A DNA stretch of 31,903 nucleotides, taken from positions 1 through 31,903 of the forward strand of contig SLPR01000254.1 in the NCBI GenBank assembly GCA_007131895.1, written 5' to 3'. Positions 25,782 to 31,903 of this stretch are shown here, piece by piece. Source of the DNA: Bacteroidales bacterium (GTDB taxonomy: Bacteria; Bacteroidota; Bacteroidia; Bacteroidales; UBA7960). Position 1 is the stretch's first letter. The number at the start of each line of letters is the position of its first letter. The notes beneath the pieces were generated by a model. It searched no databases. It was given only the letters and a program-made list of their open reading frames with translations, and was not told where the DNA came from. The translations under genes and the position numbers were made by a program.

Positions 25782-26032
25782 CAAAAAAGAGCGATAAGGA
25801 CGGATATACATGCAGTTGTTGTGTTTAGATAGCAAAAGAGTTAACCAAATTTAACCAAGGGCTGGTACTGAAAAGGTTAGTATCTCGTTTTTTAACAAAT
25901 TGCTTATGATTAATTAATATAAGAATGAACAAAATGCCTGAAAAAGGGTACATCTTTTGTAAAAACTTTTGCGCTTACAGCAGAATATACAATGAAAGAA
26001 ATCGTAAATATTGACCATTAAATTAAATTATT

Positions 26033-27514
26033 ATGAAAAAAGTATTTTCATTTCTACTGATTGCAGTTTTAGGAGGTTTTTCGGCGTTGATGATACAAAG
26101 ATATATCTTGCCAGCTCCTGCTACTTATACGCAAACAAGTAGTCAGTTCAGCCAGGACAAAGGCTGGAGTGCCCCCTCATTGTTTACCGGGTTGTTGTCC
26201 AATGTTCCCAAGACTTTGCCTGATTTTACGGTAGTAGCAGAGATGACTGTCAATACCGTAGTGCATATCAGGGCTGAGTTTGAAAGGCCCAGCAGTATTT
26301 ATGATGAGTTTTTTGGTGGAAGCGACATGTTTCGCGAATTTTTCGGACCCCGCCAGCGGCGCGCACCCGAACGAAGGGTTCAGGGTAGCGGTAGCGGCGT
26401 TATTCTCAGCAGCGACGGTTATGTTATTACCAATAATCATGTGGTACAGGATGCGGTGCAGATAGAAGTCTCTCTGAACGATAATCGTGTTTTTGAAGCC
26501 ACCGTGGTAGGGCTGGATCCTACAACTGATTTGGCCCTATTGAAAATTGATGGGGACGATCTTCCCTACGCAGTGTTTGGAGATTCGGATGATGTGAAAG
26601 TGGGGGAGTGGGTACTGGCAGTTGGCAATCCATTTAACCTGACTTCTACCGTAACCGCGGGTATCGTAAGTGCAACCGGCAGAAATATCAATATACTGGG
26701 TGGCGGTACTGCCATCGAATCTTTTATTCAGACCGATGCTGCGGTAAACCGTGGTAACAGTGGTGGTGCGCTGGTAAATACCAACGGAGAACTTATTGGA
26801 ATCAATGCTGCCATTGCTTCTACTACCGGTTCCTTTGCGGGTTACTCCTTTGCTATTCCTGCCAACATCGCCAAAAAAGTAACCATGGACCTGATGGAGC
26901 ACGGAGAAGTGCAGCGTGGTTTCCTGGGAATTAATATTGATGATGTAACACCTGCCCGGGTAAGAGAAAAGAAACTAAAGGTAAACAGAGGCGTGTATGT
27001 TGCGGGGGTTAACGAAAACACTGCAGGAGAAGAAGCAGGACTTAAGCAGGGAGATGTAATCACAGCTATAGATGGCAGAACCATCAATACTACATCAGAT
27101 TTGCTTGAGACTATTGGAAGAAAACGACCCGGCGACGAAGTTAGTGTAACCTGGAACCGCGATGGTCGTACAATGGAAGGAAAGACCGTTCTTAGAAATA
27201 TTCATGGCGACACATCCATTGTTCAAAGAGGCGAAAGAGATGTAATTGAAGCCCTGGGCGCTACCCTGGAAAATGTTGAAGCGCGGGATTTGCGCCGTTT
27301 GCGTATAGAAAGCGGTGTAAGGGTTGCATCTCTGAATAGTGGTAAACTTGCCGATTCCGGTATCAGAGAGGGATTTATCATTACCCACGTAGATCGCAAA
27401 CCGGTGAGCTCTGCCAGAGAACTGGTAGCTGAATTAAGTGGTAAAAGTGGTGGAATTCTGATCGGAGGGGTTTATCCCAACGGCACACGTGCCTACTATG
27501 GTGTAGGGCTCTGA
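26033..27514 (+). CDS. htrA: HtrA/DegP (Do) family serine protease with two PDZ domains
   Basis: GSGSGV, ITNNHVV (His), TDLALLK (Asp), IQTDAAVNRGNSGG (Ser), two PDZ-like repeats. Confidence 0.95.
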   Translation: MKKVFSFLLIAVLGGFSALMIQRYILPAPATYTQTSSQFSQDKGWSAPSLFTGLLSNVPKTLPDFTVVAEMTVNTVVHIRAEFERPSSIYDEFFGGSDMFREFFGPRQRRAPERRVQGSGSGVILSSDGYVITNNHVVQDAVQIEVSLNDNRVFEATVVGLDPTTDLALLKIDGDDLPYAVFGDSDDVKVGEWVLAVGNPFNLTSTVTAGIVSATGRNINILGGGTAIESFIQTDAAVNRGNSGGALVNTNGELIGINAAIASTTGSFAGYSFAIPANIAKKVTMDLMEHGEVQRGFLGINIDDVTPARVREKKLKVNRGVYVAGVNENTAGEEAGLKQGDVITAIDGRTINTTSDLLETIGRKRPGDEVSVTWNRDGRTMEGKTVLRNIHGDTSIVQRGERDVIEALGATLENVEARDLRRLRIESGVRVASLNSGKLADSGIREGFIITHVDRKPVSSARELVAELSGKSGGILIGGVYPNGTRAYYGVGL

Positions 27515-27534
27515 CAAGCTTAATACAGTATAGC

Positions 27535-27581
27535 CATGCCTTTGGAATACTGCCCGTGCAGTGAACCAAAGGCATGTTTTT
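27535..27581 (+). terminator. Intrinsic terminator after htrA
   Basis: CATGCCTTTGG...ACTGC-CCGT-GCAGT...CCAAAGGCATG then T-run. Confidence 0.75.
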
Positions 27582-27631
27582 ATTGTTTTAATTTAAAGTA
27601 AATTTTAGATTACTGTTTTGCTTATTTTTTG

Positions 27632-27639
27632 TACCTTTG
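27632..27639 (+). promoter_or_regulatory. -7 element (TACCTTTG) for rpoD
   Basis: Exact TAnnTTTG, 70 nt upstream of ATG 27710. Confidence 0.6.
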
Positions 27640-27709
27640 AGAGTTTTTTCGCTGTTAAAAAACAGCACATTTCCACTACCCCTATTCTCTATAAATTTTA
27701 ATTCGTATT

Positions 27710-28576
27710 ATGAGACAATTAAAGATTTCAAAATCTATTACCAATCGGGATACTGCTTCGTTGGATAAGTATCTTCAGGAAATAGGTAAAGTGCCCCTCA
27801 TTACTGCAGAAGAAGAGGTGCAGCTTGCACAACGCATAAAGCAGGGAGACCAGGCCGCACTGGAAAAATTAACCAAGGCCAACCTCCGCTTTGTAGTCTC
27901 TGTGGCAAAGCAGTACCAAAACCAGGGGTTAAGCTTACCTGACCTGATCAACGAAGGGAATCTGGGCTTGATTAAAGCCGCCAAAAGATTCGATGAAACC
28001 CGGGGTTTTAAGTTTATCTCGTACGCGGTGTGGTGGATTCGTCAGTCTATTCTTCAGGCTCTGGCCGAACAGTCAAGAATTGTCAGGCTCCCATTGAACC
28101 AGGTAGGTTCACTCAACAAAATCAAAAAGGAAGCTTCACGCCTTGAACAAAAGTTTGAACGTCCGCCCTCTACCGAAGAATTGGCTGAATCTCTTGAAAT
28201 CAGCGAAGACAAAATTACTGAGTCTTTCAGGATTTCAACTCATCACGTCTCTGTTGACGCACCTCTGGTTCAGGGAGAAGATGCCAGTCTGCTCGATGTC
28301 TATGTTAATCAGGACTCACCCAATGCAGACTCCAGCCTTATCCACGAATCGCTGGCAAGAGAAATCCAGCGTTCACTGGCTACTCTTACCGAAAAAGAAA
28401 GAGATGTTATCAACTTGTATTTTGGAATCGGTATGAACCATGGTTTGACCCTGGACGAAATCGGAGCCAAATTTGATCTTACTCGTGAACGTGTACGTCA
28501 GATAAAGGAAAAAGCCATCAGAAGGCTTAAACACACTTCAAGAAGTAAACTGCTGAAAGCCTATTTAGGGCAATAA
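27710..28576 (+). CDS. rpoD: Primary RNA polymerase sigma factor (Bacteroidota RpoD/SigA, no region 1.1)
   Basis: [61 protein letters not shown]. Confidence 0.95.
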   Translation: MRQLKISKSITNRDTASLDKYLQEIGKVPLITAEEEVQLAQRIKQGDQAALEKLTKANLRFVVSVAKQYQNQGLSLPDLINEGNLGLIKAAKRFDETRGFKFISYAVWWIRQSILQALAEQSRIVRLPLNQVGSLNKIKKEASRLEQKFERPPSTEELAESLEISEDKITESFRISTHHVSVDAPLVQGEDASLLDVYVNQDSPNADSSLIHESLAREIQRSLATLTEKERDVINLYFGIGMNHGLTLDEIGAKFDLTRERVRQIKEKAIRRLKHTSRSKLLKAYLGQ

Positions 28577-28600
28577 TTTATTTCGGTTTAGCGATAATTA

Positions 28601-28640
28601 AAACGGTATTTGTATTTTTGCAAATACCGTTTTTTTTTTT
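28601..28640 (+). terminator. Intrinsic terminator after rpoD
   Basis: AAACGGTATTTG / CAAATACCGTTT perfect stem followed by a long T-run. Confidence 0.85.
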
Positions 28641-28704
28641 AGCTGACTTGTTTGACTGCATATTATCGTTACTCATAATATTTCTTAACTAAAACTCAAA
28701 GACT

Positions 28705-30468
28705 ATGAAACTACATGGAATCAAATCGGTTTTACTTTTAGCTCTGCTGCTGTTGGCTTACGGATGCAGGCAAAAGCAGGAAAAAGTGCATGTAAGAATA
28801 ATGGCAACTGCTGATGTGCATGCTGTTGTCTTCCCTCATGATTTTGTGAATGATGCTCCTTTGAATGGAAGTCTGGCCCATGTAAAAACATACCTGGACC
28901 AGCAGCGAGCCATAAAAGGTCAGCATGTAGTTTTTCTGGATAATGCCGACCTTATACAGGGACAACCTGCCGGTTATTATTTTAATTTTGTGGCTGACAG
29001 GGAAACTCACTTTTTTGCCGATGTAATGAATTATCTGGAGACAGATGCTGCTTCCGTTGGAAATCACGATATTGAAATGGGCCCTGAGGTCTACGATCGC
29101 CTCAACGATGAATTTAACTTTCCCTGGCTGGCGGCAAATATCCTGGACAAAAATACAGGTTTGCCCTATTTTGAGCCTTATACCATCATTGAAAAAGAAG
29201 GCGTAAAAATAGCAGTCTTAGGTTTGGTAACTTCTTCGGTTCCCAACTGGCTGCCGCTCAAGTTGTGGGAAAATCTCGAGTTTACCAGTATGTATGAAGC
29301 GGCCGTGGAGTGGATGGCCTACATTCGCGACAATGAGCAACCGCATGCTGTAATCGGACTATTCCATAGTGGTGCCGGCGATGCCGACCATTATGAAGGA
29401 GCGATAGCCACCGAAAATGCCTCTTCGTATGTGGGTAAGAATGTGCCTGGATTTGATGTAATCTTTACGGCTCACGATCACCGGGTACGAAATGAGTATA
29501 TCGAAAATACAGACGGAGAACAAGTGCTGTTGATAGCCGGTCAATCCTTTGCCCGCTCACTGGGTGTGGTTGATATGATTTTTGCGAGAACTGAAGAAGG
29601 TGAATTATTCTTGTCGTCTACAGATGGTCAAATTGTAGAAATGGCAGAATTTGAACCCAGTGAAGAAATGATGAACAGGTTCAACGATGAGTTCGAGCAG
29701 GTTCAGTCATTTGTCAGGCAGCCACTGGGTGAACTGGAAACCCATCTCTCTTCACGCGAGGCGTTTAAGGGAAATGCTGCTTTTGTTGATTTTATCCATC
29801 AGATACAACTGGATTTAACGGGAGCACAGGTGTCGCTGGCTGCCCCCCTTTCTTTTGACGCAGTGCTGGAAGCCGGAGAAATCACTATGAGAGATATGTT
29901 TCGTTTGTATCCTTTCGAAAACTACCTTTATGTGATGGAACTAACGGGTCTTGAAATCAAAAATGCCCTGGAGTATTCTTATGGATTATGGTTTAATACC
30001 ATGGAAGATGCAGATGATCATCTCTTGCTTTTCAGACGGGATGAAATAGGACAAGTAGTCTGGGATCGGGATAACAGGCCATGGTTAGAGAATGCTTTTT
30101 ATAACCTGGATTCGGCTTTCGGCATCAATTATACCGTAGATGTAACCCAGCCTCCGGGGCAACGTATTTCTGTTGCCAGTCTTTCTACGGGAGAAAGGTT
30201 TAATTTGAGAGCACGTTACAAGGTTGCCATTAACTCTTACCGGGGAAGTGGGGGAGGAGGACACCTTACCCATGGCGCAGGAATAGAACATTCGGATTTG
30301 TCTGACAGAATCAGGTGGGTATCCGAAAAGGATTTGCGTGCTCACATTGCCGACTATATCAAAACAGAAGGTGTGCTTAATCCTGTAGCAGGAAATAACT
30401 GGAAAGTAGTACCTGAGGAATGGACGGCAACAGCAGCAGAAAGGGATTTTGAACTTTTATTTCGCTAA
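28705..30468 (+). CDS. CpdB/5'-nucleotidase family bifunctional metallophosphoesterase lipoprotein
   Basis: Lipobox LAYGC; TADVH, DNADLIQG, GNHD, FHSG, AHDH metal motifs; C-terminal 5'-nucleotidase domain (LYPFENYL, INSYRGSGGG). Confidence 0.9.
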   Translation: MKLHGIKSVLLLALLLLAYGCRQKQEKVHVRIMATADVHAVVFPHDFVNDAPLNGSLAHVKTYLDQQRAIKGQHVVFLDNADLIQGQPAGYYFNFVADRETHFFADVMNYLETDAASVGNHDIEMGPEVYDRLNDEFNFPWLAANILDKNTGLPYFEPYTIIEKEGVKIAVLGLVTSSVPNWLPLKLWENLEFTSMYEAAVEWMAYIRDNEQPHAVIGLFHSGAGDADHYEGAIATENASSYVGKNVPGFDVIFTAHDHRVRNEYIENTDGEQVLLIAGQSFARSLGVVDMIFARTEEGELFLSSTDGQIVEMAEFEPSEEMMNRFNDEFEQVQSFVRQPLGELETHLSSREAFKGNAAFVDFIHQIQLDLTGAQVSLAAPLSFDAVLEAGEITMRDMFRLYPFENYLYVMELTGLEIKNALEYSYGLWFNTMEDADDHLLLFRRDEIGQVVWDRDNRPWLENAFYNLDSAFGINYTVDVTQPPGQRISVASLSTGERFNLRARYKVAINSYRGSGGGGHLTHGAGIEHSDLSDRIRWVSEKDLRAHIADYIKTEGVLNPVAGNNWKVVPEEWTATAAERDFELLFR

Positions 30469-30588
30469 GATAATAAGTTGGAGGAAAAGATTTATTCAAG
30501 GGTTTGCAGTTATTCAGGCAACAACGATATTGTTGTAAAAGTCAGGGATAGCAGCAAACCCTGCTTTCTATTAACAATGAAGGTAGTG

Positions 30589-31827
30589 TCAGATATCTTC
30601 ACGCAGCCGAATGGTTTTTCTGTAGATATGATCTCCCCTTAACAGTTCCATTCGGACAGTTGTCCCTTCATCTTGATTAAGATACCCGATTACTTCCTCC
30701 AGGGTAAGTCTTGATGCAGGCTCATTAGCGATCCTGATAATCTTGTCTCCGGGCAGTATTCCCTGCTCCCAGGCCACAGAGTTTTCTCTCACATGATTTA
30801 TTACATAGTCGTTAAAGGCAATACCTTCAGCTATAACTTCCAATCCACTCATATTGGTCTGGAAAGGGGTATTGTAACGTGGATTTCTCCTTAAAATGAG
30901 CTTTTCCGACCGGTAGTCAATAATTACATGAAACCGGTTGAGGATACCGCCACCTATAATCCCTTCCCAGTCAAACTGAAGATTGGCTGCGGTGAGGAAT
31001 TCTTCCTGGGGAAAGGAAGCAAGTGGTTCTTTCAGTTCGAACCCGTCAATGGTAATTTTTTTTAGTCTTCCTGTCTCTCCTTTCAATTCACCACTTATTC
31101 CCTTTCCCAGGTAGGAGGGAATTGTTTCGGGTGTTAAATTTTTATATTTATGGTTTAAAAACAAGGGGCTGGTTGCTCCCAGGTCTACCAGCAAAGGCAG
31201 GGAGTCAATGCCCGAATTCACCCCTTCCACTGACACATCAATGTAGGGCTTGTTGTTTACAATATTCATAGGAATAACCCGGCTTCTGCGCCTTACACGG
31301 TAGGTCGGATTTCGATATATCCTGATAAACTCTCTCCGGTAATTTACCTGTATGGGAAATTCCTTGAAAAAGTCATATCCCAGTATGCCATGTACAGGAA
31401 AGCCGAAAATTTCGGAGAAGGATAAGACTCCTTCAGGTAAAACTATCAGATTCATGTTGTGCCCGGTTATGCCGGGCATGTAAAAAGTAAGATTTCTCGA
31501 CATGCCGGCTTCAATGATCCCCTCGTCTCCCAATCCTACAACATATATGAGCTCATCGATATTCAGGTCAAATGCAAAAGCAACAAGGGGCTCGGTGAGG
31601 ATAGTGGTATTTACCCCTGTATCCAGCACGAAATTCAGTTGAGGCGAGTTGTTGATTCTCATGGAAACAACTACCAGGTTGTGGGTGATATTAACCGGAA
31701 CCCTCAGGGAGCGATAGTTGACATCAAAACTAAACCCTTGCGGCGGCTCCTCTGCTGCTTTAGCAGGCAAAGTATTTAGCTGAGAGACAGCAAATAGAAA
31801 TAAAACAAAAGTCTTTATTAAACGCAT
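30589..31827 (-). CDS. Secreted twin retropepsin-like aspartyl protease with C-terminal PDZ domain
   Basis: Signal peptide; FVLDTG...GILGYDFF and LLVDLGA...GIIGGGIL repeats; PDZ (GLEVIAEG...GILPGDKII). Confidence 0.85.
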   Translation of the reverse strand: MRLIKTFVLFLFAVSQLNTLPAKAAEEPPQGFSFDVNYRSLRVPVNITHNLVVVSMRINNSPQLNFVLDTGVNTTILTEPLVAFAFDLNIDELIYVVGLGDEGIIEAGMSRNLTFYMPGITGHNMNLIVLPEGVLSFSEIFGFPVHGILGYDFFKEFPIQVNYRREFIRIYRNPTYRVRRRSRVIPMNIVNNKPYIDVSVEGVNSGIDSLPLLVDLGATSPLFLNHKYKNLTPETIPSYLGKGISGELKGETGRLKKITIDGFELKEPLASFPQEEFLTAANLQFDWEGIIGGGILNRFHVIIDYRSEKLILRRNPRYNTPFQTNMSGLEVIAEGIAFNDYVINHVRENSVAWEQGILPGDKIIRIANEPASRLTLEEVIGYLNQDEGTTVRMELLRGDHIYRKTIRLREDI

Positions 31828-31903
31828 AAAATCTCATTGCAATTAACATATAGCATCGCCGGATTATCTGTGCTAACAAAAGACTAATCTTTTTTGTTTG
31901 AAA

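Overview
Chromosomal window from a Bacteroidota bacterium. The evidence is TAnnTTTG -7 promoter motifs, a short RpoD lacking region 1.1, and the htrA-rpoD / dapF-GNAT-mltG neighbourhood. A salt-adapted lifestyle is inferred only from gene content. The left half (about 1.5-17 kb) is a compact osmoadaptation cluster: small membrane protein plus MscS; a leftward operon of an uncharacterised outer-membrane beta-barrel, ProX-like lipoprotein, ProV and ProW; a divergent operon of a Na+-type BCCT betaine carrier, a two-domain USP and a second betaine-binding lipoprotein; and two tandem CtpF/Pma1-like P-type ATPases. One ATPase has the ion-gating PEGL glutamate replaced by serine (PSGL). The right half is mostly housekeeping: DEAD-box helicase, DUF2279, phosphohexomutase, mltG, GNAT, dapF, htrA, rpoD, a CpdB-like nucleotidase and an aspartyl protease-PDZ protein. 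Intergenic regions hold several REP-like palindrome families and a candidate RNA switch between proX and proV. No rRNA, tRNA, CRISPR array or transposase was seen. All family assignments come from motif recognition by eye; no database search was run.
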